Origin: Balanoglossus misakiensis
Lineage: Eukaryota > Animalia > Hemichordata
Assembly (NCBI GenBank): GCA_040954595.2
Contig: CM082578.2
Location: 7,611,519-7,675,518 of the forward strand
DNA: 64,000 bases
Direction of reading: 5' to 3'
Each line of letters starts with the position of its first letter. Positions within the stretch are counted from its first letter, which is position 1. Below are positions 37,910 through 49,726 of the stretch, in pieces. The notes below the pieces were generated by a model that had not been told where the DNA came from, did no database searches, and saw only the letters and a program-made list of their open reading frames with translations. A program made the position numbers and the translations under genes.

Positions 37910-37963
37910 CCATCATCATCATCAACATCATCATCATCATCATCAGCAACATCAACAACAACA
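37870..37963. repeat. (CAT)n/(CAA)n microsatellite
   Basis: About 30 trinucleotide units, CAT grading into CAA. This explains the poly-His, poly-Ile and poly-Met ORFs in the track. Confidence 0.97.
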
Positions 37964-39345
37964 AGATATATATTAAAGTTCCCGAATCCTTCACGTTCTC
38001 ATGTGCTTGCATGTTTGTGGTACCTTCTGGTATATAAATCTGGGGGAGTAGAAGGTTGTGTCTGAGAGTACATATTCCGAAAAAAAGTGAATGACAACCC
38101 GTACGCATTGGCTAGTGCTACATAAAGTGAATAACACCAAAAATTAAGACCATGGGTGGGGCGGTCTTCTTTCCTTAGTGGAGTGACGGTGCCATTGGAC
38201 TGCCGCAAAACGCCCCGACTTATCTACAACAAACAGGCCATTCATCACGTTCATTGCAATATCTACGGTTATGTTTGTTTTTGTGAAGGGTAACAACAAG
38301 TGGTTGATACGTGTTGATAAGTGGTTGATAATCCCAAGTGGGCTTACATGATTTAATGATTGGCATCGGCTTGGTCGTCAGTTAACTGGCCGACAGGGAG
38401 AGCGTCCTCGTGCGGCGAGTCTTCGACACCCCGGCGATGGTGCTGGAACAAAGGTCCAGGACCGGTGAAAAGGCATGTACTTTTAATGAAAAAAAAACAC
38501 TATAATAATATCACTTAAATTTTGTTCTGCTCCAGTATCTTAGAATTGTCGGCTTTATATCCTAAATGAAGCAGATTTTCGTTTGGCCATTGACTTCACA
38601 TAATCATTACCTTACTGAAGTTATATACCTAGTCGATTAAACAATTCGAACGAGTCACTGTAGTCCGAATGAAACGGCAAATATGATCTAAAGTATTGTT
38701 GATTTTAAAAGCATTACTTTTATATTAATCGCTATTTATTTGTCGCCATTAGTTTTCAAAATTATATTTCCATTGTTGTACAGGGGATTTTGAAATAGCG
38801 ATCTGTTTGGCCTTATTATTATATAAGTGGGTCAGTCCGTCTGTCCGTCTGTCAGTCAATTTCGTAATGAAGCTAGCAAATAATAAAATATCAAAATCCT
38901 TGAAGCGCCCAACATTTTATAAAATGTACCTTGTAGTTGTAGTATAAAATAAGATTCGCAGAGAAAAGTTTAAAAGGGTCTTGCTCAAGTAAACCATTCT
39001 GTACATGCTTCATCTACAGAGGGTGTTATCGACATATGGCGTACACCGCCGGGACAGATATAATATATTCCTACTCTGATCTGGTTCTCTGACCTGCTCT
39101 GTCGCTGCGCTCGCGGCCTACATATTGGAGAGTCAAACAAGGTTAACATATTCCATACAAAATCTCACCGTGACCAAAGAGGGCGTTGTTTATCACTCGA
39201 TCGGAGAATCTGTTTTCCATGCATTCCCTAGGCTGTACATTTTCAAAGGTATTAAAATCTGTGAAATGCCCCCAGAAATACTCTGCAAATCTAGTCGTTG
39301 TATTGTCACTAACTTACAATAGATTTTCATAACATAATACAGTTC

Positions 39346-42300
39346 ATTAGGGGACCAAGCGCCCTCAGGCGCTTGGTCCCCTTCTGTTATTGCTGGAGTT
39401 TTTCTTCCATCTTCTTGAGTCGTTTTTTTGCTCCAGTTTTTCTCAAAAATCCCTGGGCCTACGCCTATGAAATTTGGCACGGTGATTGGGGCCCATGAGT
39501 ACTGGTGCACCTGCCCTTTGAATTTGCAATTAGTCACGTGACTTGGTGGCTATAATCAAGCGAAATTTTCAAATTGACCTAATTTGCACGTTAATGGGGG
39601 CATTTCAATATTTACGCTGCGTTTTTTATCTGTCGAGTATAAGAAACATGCAAGAAACTTGGTCATTTTTTTGTCGCGGTTCACTTGGGCAAGTCTGAAT
39701 ACGTAGTGCTCAGGAAAGAGAAATATAAACTCGCTAAAACCTTGTCTTTCCGTCCGCATGACCAACCAAGAAGCGAAAAAGTCCTTATTCGGGCCGTAAT
39801 AAAACGTTTTTGTCGCCGATGAGTGAATAAAGAACGGTCAGATCGTTGCGGTGCAGGGAACTCTTATTTGCACCGCAGCGGTGAACTCTTATTTGCACCA
39901 CTGCGGTGCAAATAAGAGTTCGCACCGCTGCGGTGCAAATAAGATCATTGTAGTTATGCTGCAATATAGTTCGGTAAATTTCCGACTTTTTCTAGAACAC
40001 ATCGTGATGGCGAAGGGTTCAGGAAGGCTTGACTTTTACCTCAAGGTGTCAACTGATGTTGGTTCGAGACCACTTTTTTTCTATTTCTTTTTTTTGTGAG
40101 AACTTTTAACGACATTGTCATTGTAATTTTTATCAAATTCATAAATCCAATTTATTTCAATATCTACGCTGCGTTTTTTATCTGTCGGGTATAAGAAACA
40201 TGCAGGGAAACTTGATCATTTTTTGTCGCGGTTCACTTGGGCAAGTCTGAATACGTAGTGCTCAGGAAAGAGAAAGATAAACTCGCTAAAACCGTGTCTT
40301 TCCGTCCACATGACCAACCAAGGAGCGAAAAAGTCATTATTTGGGTCGTAAAAAAACGTTTTTGTCGCCGAGGAGTGAATAAAGAACGGTCAGATCGTTG
40401 CGGTGCAGGGAACTCTTATTTGCACCGCAGCGGAAAACTCTTATTTGCACCGCTGCGGTGCAAATAAGAGTTCGCACCGCTGCGGTGCAAATAAGATCAT
40501 TGTAGTAATGCTGCAATATAGTGCGGTAAATTTCCGACTTTTTCGAGAAAACATCGTGATGGCGAAGGGTACAGGAAGGCTTGACTTTTACCTCAAGGTG
40601 TCAACTTATGTTGGTTCGAGACCACTTTTTTTCTATTTCTTGTTTTTTTATGAGAACTTTTAACGACATTGTCATTGTAATTTTTATCAATTTCATAAAT
40701 CCAATTTATTTCATTATCTACGCTGCGTTTTTTATCTGTCGGGTATAAGAAACATGCAGGGAAACTTGGTCATTTTTTGTCGCGGTTCACTTGGGCAAGT
40801 CTGAATACGTAGTGCTCAGGAAAGAGAAATATAAACTCGCTAAAACCTTGTCTTTCCGTCCGCATGACCAACCAAGAAGCGAAAAAGTCCTTATTCGGGC
40901 CGTAATAAAACGTTTTTGTCGCCGATGAGTGAATAAAGAACGGTCAGATCGTTGCGGTGCAGGGAACTCTTATTTGCACCGCAGCGGTGAACTCTTATTT
41001 GCACCGCTGCGGTGCAAATAAGAGTTCGCACCGCTGCGGTGCAAATAAGATCATTGTAGTTATGCTGCAATATAGTGCGGTAAATTTCCGACTTTTCGAG
41101 AACACATCGTGATGGCGAAGGGTTCAGGAAGGCTTGACTTTTACCTCAAGGTGTCAACTGATGTTGGTTCGAGACCACTTTTTTTCTATTTCTTTTTTTT
41201 TTGTGAGAACTTTTAACGACATTGTCATTGTAATTTTTATCAAATTCATAAATCCAATTTATTTCAATATCTACGCTGCGTTTTTTATCTGTCGGGTATA
41301 AGAAACATGCAGGGAAACTTGATCATTTTTTGTCGCGGTTCACTTGGGCAAGTCTGAATACGTAGTGCTCAGGAAAGAGAAAGATAAACTCGCTAAAACC
41401 GTGTCTTTCCGTCCACATGACCAACCAAGGAGCGAAAAAGTCATTATTTGGGCCGTAATAAAACGTTTTTGTCGCCGAGGAGTGAATAAAGAACGGTCAG
41501 ATCGTTGCGGTGCAGGGAACTCTTATTTGCACCGCAGCGGTGAACTCTTATTTGCACCGCTGCGGTGCAAATAAGAGTTCGCACCGCTGCGGTGCAAATA
41601 AGATCATTGTAGTTATGCTGCAATATAGTGCGGTAAATTTCCGACTTTTTCTAGAACACATCGTGATGGCGAAGGGTACAGGAAGGCTTGACTTTTACCT
41701 CAAGGTGTCAACTTATGTTGGTTCGAGACCACTTTTTTTCTATTTCTTGTTTTTTTATGAGAACTTTTAACGACATTGTCATTGTAATTTTTATCAATTT
41801 CATAAATCCAATTTATTTCATTATCTACGCTGCGTTTTTTATCTGTCGGGTATAAGAAACATGCAGGGAAACTTGGTCATTTTTTTGTCGCGGTTCACTT
41901 GGGCAAGTCTGAATACGTAGTGCACAGGAAAGAGAAATATAAACTCGCTAAAACCGTGTCTTTCCGTCCGCATGACCAACCAAGGAGCGAAAAAGTCATT
42001 ATTTGGGCCGTAATAAAACGTTTTTGTCGCCGAGGAGTGAATAAAGAACGGTCAGATCGTTGCGGTGCAGGGAACTCTTATTTGCACCGCAGCGGTGAAC
42101 TCTTATTTGCACCGCTGCGGTGCAAATAAGAGTTCGCACCGCTGCGGTGCAAATAAGATCATTGTAGTTATGCTGCAATATAGTGCGGTAAATTTCCGAC
42201 TTTTTCTAGAACACATCGTGATGGCGAAGGGTACAGGAAGGCTTGACTTTTACCTCAAGGTGTCAACTTATGTTGGTTCGAGACCACTTTTTTTCTATTT

Positions 42301-43867
42301 CTTGTTTTTTTATGAGAACTTTTAACGACATTGTCATTGTAATTTTTATCAATTTCATAAATCCAATTTATTTCATTATCTACGCTGCGTTTTTTATCTG
42401 TCGGGTATAAGAAACATGCAGGGAAACTTGGTCATTTTTTTGTCGCGGTTCACTTGGGCAAGTCTGAATACGTAGTGCACAGGAAAGAGAAATATAAACT
42501 CGCTAAAACCGTGTCTTTCCGTCCGCATGACCAACCAAGGAGCGAAAAAGTCATTATTTGGGCCGTAATAAAACGTTTTTGTCGCCGAGGAGTGAATAAA
42601 GAACGGTCAGATCGTTGCGGTGCAGGGAACTCTTATTTGCACCGCAGCGGTGAACTCTTATTTGCACCGCTGCGGTGCAAATAAGAGTTCGCACCGCTGC
42701 GGTGCAAATAAGATCATTGTAGTTATGCTGCAATATAGTGCGGTAAATTTCCGACTTTTTCGAGAACACATCGTGATGGCGAAGGGTTCAGGAAGGCTTG
42801 ACTTTTACCTCAAGGTGTCAACTGATGTTGGTTCGAGACCACTTTTTTTCTATTTCTTTTTTTTTTTGTGAGAACTTTTAACGACATTGTCATTGTAATT
42901 TTTATCAAATTCATAAATCCAATTTATTTCAATATCTACGCTGCGTTTTTTATCTGTCGGGTATAAGAAACATGCAGGGAAACTTGATCATTTTTTGTCG
43001 CGGTTCACTTGGGCAAGTCTGAATACGTAGTGCTCAGGAAAGAGAAAGATAAACTCGCTAAAACCGTGTCTTTCCGTCCACATGACCAACCAAGGAGCGA
43101 AAAAGTCATTATTTGGGCCGTAATAAAACGTTTTTGTCGCCGAGGAGTGAATAAAGAACGGTCAGATCGTTGCGGTGCAGGGAACTCTTATTTGCACCGC
43201 AGCGGTGAACTCTTATTTGCACCGCTGCGGTGCAAATAAGAGTTCGCACCGCTGCGGTGCAAATAAGATCATTGTAGTTATGCTGCAATATAGTGCGGTA
43301 AATTTCCGACTTTTTCGAGAAGACATCGTGATGGCGAAGGGTTCAGGAAGGCTTGACTTTTACCTCAAGGTGTCAACTGATGTTGGTTCGAGACAACTTT
43401 TTTTTCTATTTCTTTTTTTTGTGAGAACTTTTAACGACATTGTCATTGTTATTTTTATCAATTTCATAAATCCAATTTATTTCAATATCTACGCTGCGTT
43501 TTTTTATCTGTCGGGTATAAGAAACATGCAGGGAAACTTGGTCATTTTTTTGTCGCGGTTCACTTGGGCAAGTCTGAATACGGAGGGTAAGGGTTAGGAA
43601 TCCAAATTTTTGGCCCAATTTTTGGGGTACCCTCAGCTTACCTTTGAAGTACTTACTGAAGTACTTACATAAAAAACGTAGAAGTTCACTTCTGGTTGTT
43701 GTGTTTGTACTTGTAAGACATCCATTTCGGGTGGTTGCCTACTCCCCCATATCTCCACATCCTGAGCAAATACAGCCTACGCATTTGAATGGTACAACCC
43801 TGAATGGAGTCTTATGGTTATTATCTCTATGCTTGGGCCCCTTCAATGCTGCTTGCAGCTTTAATTT
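39346..43867. mobile_element. Non-autonomous Helentron/HINE-like element carrying an internal tandem array
   Basis: The left end has a perfect 15-bp stem-loop, AGGGGACCAAGCGCC-ctca-GGCGCTTGGTCCCCT (39349-39382). The right end has GCTTGGGCCCCT (43831-43842, 11/12 match to the stem arm, i.e. a subTIR), then a short hairpin GCTGC-tt-GCAGC (43848-43859) and a T-rich end. No TSD and no ORF. This is the subTIR/IR/3' stem-loop architecture of Helentron-associated elements. Confidence 0.7.
39602..43582. repeat. Tandem array, ~7.2 copies of a 552-555 bp unit with internal palindrome
   Basis: The anchor CACTTGGGCAAGTCTGAATACG recurs at 39682, 40234, 40788, 41341, 41896, 42451, 43006 and 43561. Copies differ by scattered substitutions and homopolymer length. 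Confidence 0.98.
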
Positions 43868-44169
43868 GTCCTGAACTTTGTGGTACTTTCCTTGACAGAT
43901 TACAGAGATTTATAATGCGTGCTTCTCCGACTCATAGCTTGGGTGGTTGCGTAGCGCGGAAGCACAGTTTCGCCACCAAGAAGCAGATGAAGAAGTAAAA
44001 ATAGTAAGCTTATAACGATGTGAAATTTGTGATATTTTTGTTTTTGCAACGATCACACAAAAGTGCAAAGTTACGAGAGTATTGCACTCTCGGGTTAAAT
44101 GAATATTGAGAACTCGAAGCCACCAAATATTATTAGTGCGAAATTGAACTTCGGTGACAAAATGAGACG

Positions 44170-44300
44170 GTCCCTAAAAGGTCAAAAGGGGTGAACATGA
44201 CTCATCGGGTCACGTGAGGTGACCCGCACCCATCATGCAATATTGAATATGGCTTCATAGAGGCAGCGTACAAGCAGTCAGCAATCCAAGATCGCGAGCG
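44170..44300 (+). promoter_or_regulatory. Putative TMEM243 promoter
   Basis: ATGACTCAT (AP-1, 44197-44205) and GTCACGTGAG (E-box/CLEAR-like, 44209-44218), the latter inside the inverted repeat CGGGTCAC-n5-GTGACCCG (44206-44226). The CpG-enriched region runs to exon 1. Confidence 0.5.
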
Positions 44301-44632
44301 ACTGGCGATTACTACGTTCATTTGGCACCAGCTGAACTGTGATGCTTACAGGCTGTGTTACTGATGTGTAAATACTGCATGAGATCCTGCCAAGGGAACC
44401 CGTGATTTGTATAGTTGCCTCTCTTGTTTACTTCGTTGTTATCATCAGTGCGGAAGAAGAACTCGGTCAGGCAACGTAGCACTGTAGACTGTGTGTATTG
44501 TAGCAGTCGACTTTTGCTACATACAGTACAAGGTTGTCGCGTTTTATCACCGCCGCAGCAACTGACTGAAGGTGATCGTTCACAAAAGGCGCTGAAACAA
44601 TTCACAGAAATGACCAAGGCCGCACACTCGGT

Positions 44633-46779
44633 ATGGGAACTGAACAGTATCAAACCATAGGCGCAGGTGACCCCGAAAGACCGCTGTTCGGCGAACAGAG
44701 GCCGAAGGTACGTCTAAAAATATCACGTTTCGAAACACGCCCACTTTCTGTGATCGGTAGTCAAGGATACCTCGTACTGCCAAAATGAGAATATTTTTCC
44801 TGTAGCCGCCTTTCTGTAAAACAAGAAAAGTGGGATGAAACGTATTAAAGACCACCGCTTCCATGTATTTTTGGACAATCCAATGACATTGACAATGTTC
44901 AGTGCCAGGCAAAGGCTGTTACAATGTATGTGTACAATGTACTTATCATTGGAATCCGTGGGAAGTCATAAGTTGTATATGTGTTTTCAGCTATTTTTAT
45001 AGTCGCAGTGACAAAGTCCATCTTTCGCACCATAAACACCAGTAGTCAACACATCCAGGATGGTGGTGTAGATAACACAGTCACATATTTTGGAACAAAA
45101 TGTAAATACAGATTGAAGAATGTCAAGCTGAACTTGAACAGTGTCTACTCTTTTCTTACCATTAAAAATAAATGTTATTAAAATATAAAAATTGTACAAA
45201 GACACTGCTGATTTAGAAACTAATTTGAACTGGATTTGAACTCGGAACCTATGGTACCGATTCATGTAGTGAGGAAGTCAGTGGACGGAATTCCTCAATG
45301 GAAATGAAATGTACTGTATCATCCTGGTTTCCTGACAAAAATAGGATGTACACAACCAGATATTGCATGAGATAAGCACTCATGTTTTATTGACCTATGC
45401 CATGGCATTTGTGTAAAGTGTACTTGGAGAAATGTATCTAAAATTCTGTTTCAGTTTTACCCGTTGTTGTAATGGACTCAAAGTTGCAGTGTTCCTATCT
45501 TGTGCTGATCTGTCTAGTTTCAAATCTTGAAATTATGCAGCATATAATTAAAAATCATATTTCAATGCTTGGCGTATATATTGTAGCCTGAAGGACTTAG
45601 GTCTCTGTGAGGTGAATGGTTCAACCCTGTGAATGGATGTTGAACAAATGTTTTCAGGTCATGACGAGTGAAAACCGGTGCACATATATCACATTGTTAT
45701 TTATTGGAATAAATCAATGTTGATTTTTCTCTTTAACAGGATCGTCTTATTAACCTAGCGTTGGGTGCAATAACAGCTGTCTTAGTGTCGGTGAGTACAT
45801 GTAAAATAACTGCCACCACTGATGTTTTGTTGGATAGTGTTGTAGACTGCCTTGTTCCTAATGTTTGGAGTGTCAATGTTTTCATCTCAGCTTTGTTTCG
45901 CTTTGCAACCTGTTACCTGTTACATAATATGAAGAGTACCTCTACAATACAGCTATCCTGAATATAGCTGTTCTAATAATCTGTGACTGATATCAGTAAA
46001 CCAACAAAGTCCCAGAAAATTGGTTCCCCTTCCAATGCTACAATTTAATGTTGATTATCATAGAAAAATACCATGTTTGACTTCAAAAGCTCTAGGAAAA
46101 ATTCTGGAAAAAGTCCTCTAATGAGCAAGTATTTACCCTGCAATATTAATCTATGCAAGCAGTCAACTGGTCTAAAAATAGAATTCGTATAAATTATACA
46201 TGTAAATGTGTGTAAGTTATTGCTATATAATATGTTTCTTTGTTTATTGCGGCATAGGTGACACTGATCAGTGCCTTCGTATTTCCAAGTTGGCCGCCAA
46301 ATGGCATCAATGTATATTTTGGTGTTTGCATAGCACTCATATGTGCTTCTAATTTAGTTTTGGTAAGTGAACAGTTATTTGACATTTTTTGAAAATGACA
46401 CCTTACGGGTGTAATAGTTGTAACAGGAAACCGAAATCTTGTAATCTGTGGCACACAATAAAACAGGAACTAGTGAGTTTCCGTTTGGTTCAGCAGTTGG
46501 GTGCTACCCATTGTACTATTTTATCCAAAGTTCAGGGTTCTGTTGTGTGAGGGCGCTGTTCTCACTTCCAATGATTGTTTCACTGTTTTTCTTTCAACTA
46601 GATATTCATATACATGACAACACATTCTCTAACAACACTTTCTCTCCTTCGTTTTCCAGATACACTGGTATCGACAGGGCGACGTCGCTCCTAAGTTTAG
46701 AACTTTGATATTTTACAACACATTTACCATCATTCTCCTGTGCGTTTGCGCCAATCTCTACTTCCATTGGCCCAAGTGA
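44633..46779 (+). CDS. TMEM243: Transmembrane protein 243 homolog, 116 aa
   Basis: Exons 44633-44707, 45740-45790, 46258-46362, 46660-46779, all phase 0 with GT-AG junctions. Protein: MGTEQYQTIGAGDPERPLFGEQRPK-DRLINLALGAITAVLVS-VTLISAFVFPSWPPNGINVYFGVCIALICASNLVL-IHWYRQGDVAPKFRTLIFYNTFTIILLCVCANLYFHWPK*. It matches human TMEM243 motifs as I recall them (RPLFGE, DRIINL, VTLISAFVFP, WYRQGD..PKFR, LCICANLYFH). Confidence 0.93.
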
Positions 46780-49679
46780 ACAGACTACACAAGAGAGCAG
46801 TACACCAACATCAGAAATTGTATTCTAATTATGCGTCAGAGCTGACCTGCTTTTGAGTCAAACTCAAGCTCCCACCCAGTGGGGAATATCAATGCAATGT
46901 ACGTATATAGTTACATGTGATGTCTAGATATCTGCAGTGATCACAATTCTGCAAATTGTAAAATAGAGCTGTATGCAGATTCTCTGTGGCAGGTTACTTT
47001 ATTGTGTGTTTACAATGACCGCATTTGAGGGAAGACTCCATCAACACTTTACAGGCGTCATCTATTTATCAAAAATGAAAAATAAGCGTGAGAGAAGAAA
47101 GCTGTTCATTAAACTTCATGAACGTTTAGTTTAGAGTCCCACAGGTGCAACTTTGTTTCCACAACTCATGGCTGATTTCTAACTCAACAGAACTATTTTT
47201 GTCTTCCATACAAAATGTAAACATTTACTGGATATTTTTCTTTCACATGTACAAAAGTCGGTAACTTGAGGAATGTTGATTGGGCTACAGTACTTGGGTA
47301 CAGTGTGACTTCAGCTAGCTAAAAACCTTCACCAGATACACAAGATTGTTTCATAGCCCAGGTGTGGAACAATGTCATGAAACAGAGATGAACCAGGCTA
47401 TATTCCCATCAAAACCATACACTATTTCCTTTCATGATGTCAGCAAAAGTAGTCAATATTTAATTTCTTCGAATTCTCGGTTTCCCTGTGTGTGGAGGTC
47501 AACTTCTGCATGATGGAGTTATACTTCACTGAAGATGTTAGGAAAGGCAAACAAGTCCACTGTCCAGCAAGGTCATGACATTGGGTTTTAATCAAGCTCA
47601 AATTTGACCTAGATCCACTGACCTAGCTGTGTTTTTGTCCATTTGTTTTATAGTCAAACTGTAACAGTCAGAGTGGCTGACCTTTGGTCCCAGTTTTTTT
47701 GTGTGTGATGACCATCACAGGTATCACTGTTGTCCATCCGTAGATACATTAACATGATGTGAATAAACTTTGGGCACAGGGCTTTTCTGGCAGTGTTAGT
47801 GGCAGGTCAGAGTTCAACAAGTAGGTATGCGTGATTCTGTGTGTTTTAGATCTCTAAGAGCAAATTAGACACAAAAACTTGATATTATTTTGATTTTACG
47901 TAAAAAAATATTGATGTCCTGTTCTGCGTTCTGAAATGTGCTGAACCATATCAGTTGTAACAGCTCAGTGAACCACTTGTTTCCTCTATAACACCCAGGA
48001 CACAATTTCTGATACAGACCATTGTGAAATGGAAGTACTTGTGGGCCATATTGTCTACAAGAAGTGTGGGACTACAACTTTATTTCTCGCACAACACTAT
48101 GTCAAAAGTGTGTTCTTTCAATGAAAAAACACACAAACTAATTTTCCAGGAACCAGCTGTTCTTGAAAGTCCATTTAACTTACTGAAATATGAAATCTAA
48201 AATTGTACTACCAGAGTATACATCCTTTATTGTTGTTTTTTTTACCCTGCAGCTGTCCATGACACAGACCTTGGCAAATGAAAACAAACCACAATATGAT
48301 TTACTTGTTTCAAGTTTATTTCCATCTGGAATTTTCTCCCATAGTGCATTTTTGTTGAGAGATTTGATATGTAAATATTTTCTTCAGAAATTGTATATGA
48401 CCATATTTTTCTATGGACGCATCATACTGCCAATGTTGGACTGGTCATAACCACAGCATTTCTCTTAGAGATGTGATGTTGCTGTCAAAGCATTATAGAG
48501 ATTAATTAAGCAGTACTCTAAAAAAAGATCATATATCACGGCTGTGTTGTCATGGAGTCCATTTTTATATTATCCGTCTCAAAGTTGTATTTACATAATT
48601 TTCTTTTCCCTTGACATTTGTGTTGAAAGTTTAATGTTCCAGCCTCTTTAATCTAGAAAGTTTAAAGGGAGAAAAAGGGGAGTGGGCCTAGCTGTAAAAT
48701 TATATCGCCAAATAAGAATTAAGATATGTCAGGAGAGTCTTTTCATTAAACTAACAATGGCGACAGTGTTGTGTATGTGGTGCTTGGTTAAATCTACACA
48801 TTCATTCTAACTGCTGGAGGAAATCCTAATGCACAGTGGCTTCAAAAGTCTCCCAACGAGTATTTTGAAAGCCAGGACGAACACGACCCAAGATTGACCC
48901 CAGGTTTTCAATCCCTGTGGAATGACAAGTTAAACACAGGGAACAATCAGAGCACTGTTACAGAAATGAAGGGATTTTGGAAAAAGGGCTGGTTCACCTA
49001 ACAACCTGTGAATAACAATTATTCTACTCACTCTACTAGAAAGTGGTGACCATTACAGAATCTGTCTGCTGCAGAATAATAGTGATATTTTACGCACCTG
49101 CATATTGTACATATGTTTCAAATTGGAGTTGAATTGGAAATTGGTTATGAATACTCTGTGTCCAAATTCTCAAAGCCAATGATGGTCTGAATGGTTCTTG
49201 ATCTATTCTAGGTGTGGATACACACAGGATATCCGTGCACTCAATATTCAGATGAAAATGCCAAATACAGAAAAGTTTGGACAAAAAGATTCTACTTGCA
49301 AAGAATGGATTGTGCAGTACTTTTTCCAGATGTCCATATAGTATTTTAAGTGACTTTTAAAACTTTCGTAATTCTTTGTTGACTATTATAAAACAATGGT
49401 ACGATTTTACTCCATGGCAGAATAGTGTAATTGAGTCCTGGTAATGCCTCTCACAGTACTTTTCTCACATAATGTTTCTGTTGAATCTTTGCGTTGATTT
49501 GAAACAGCATCCTCAGAATTATGTGGTATATTTCACGGAAACATTTAATTGTACATGTACATCATTTCGGAATGTCAAATGTTTGTTATTTTGTCTTCCA
49601 CTTTTAGAGTCCTACTTCTGCATGTGAAGAACAAATTCCTGTTGGTTACAAAGCAGTAACAATACAGGAATTGTCATGA

Positions 49680-49726
49680 AATAAAAACAACTTTACTGCA
49701 AATTGACTCTGAAGTCTTGATTTATT
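49680..49726. terminator. Opposed polyadenylation signals of TMEM243 (+) and DMTF1 (-)
   Basis: AATAAA on plus at 49680-49685 and AATAAA on minus (TTTATT) at 49721-49726. Each is followed on its own strand by U/GU-rich sequence. Confidence 0.65.

Noticed and set aside
37671-38108. Poly-His, poly-Ile and poly-Met ORFs
   Set aside because: Translations of the (CAT)n microsatellite.
39373-39386. Resemblance to miR-133 (TTGGTCCCCTTC), also at 43833
   Set aside because: The match stops after ~12 nt and belongs to the transposon terminal stem/subTIR; there is no pre-miRNA geometry.
39602-43582. CRISPR-like array or repeated small genes (MGKSEY..., MQGTLIC... ORFs)
   Set aside because: The sequence between palindromes is itself repeated (no unique spacers), there are no cas genes, and the context is eukaryotic. 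The ORFs start at TTG/GTG and are broken in some units.
44050-44100. miR-92-like seed TATTGCAC within a small hairpin
   Set aside because: The rest of the mature sequence does not match and the putative 5p arm pairs poorly.
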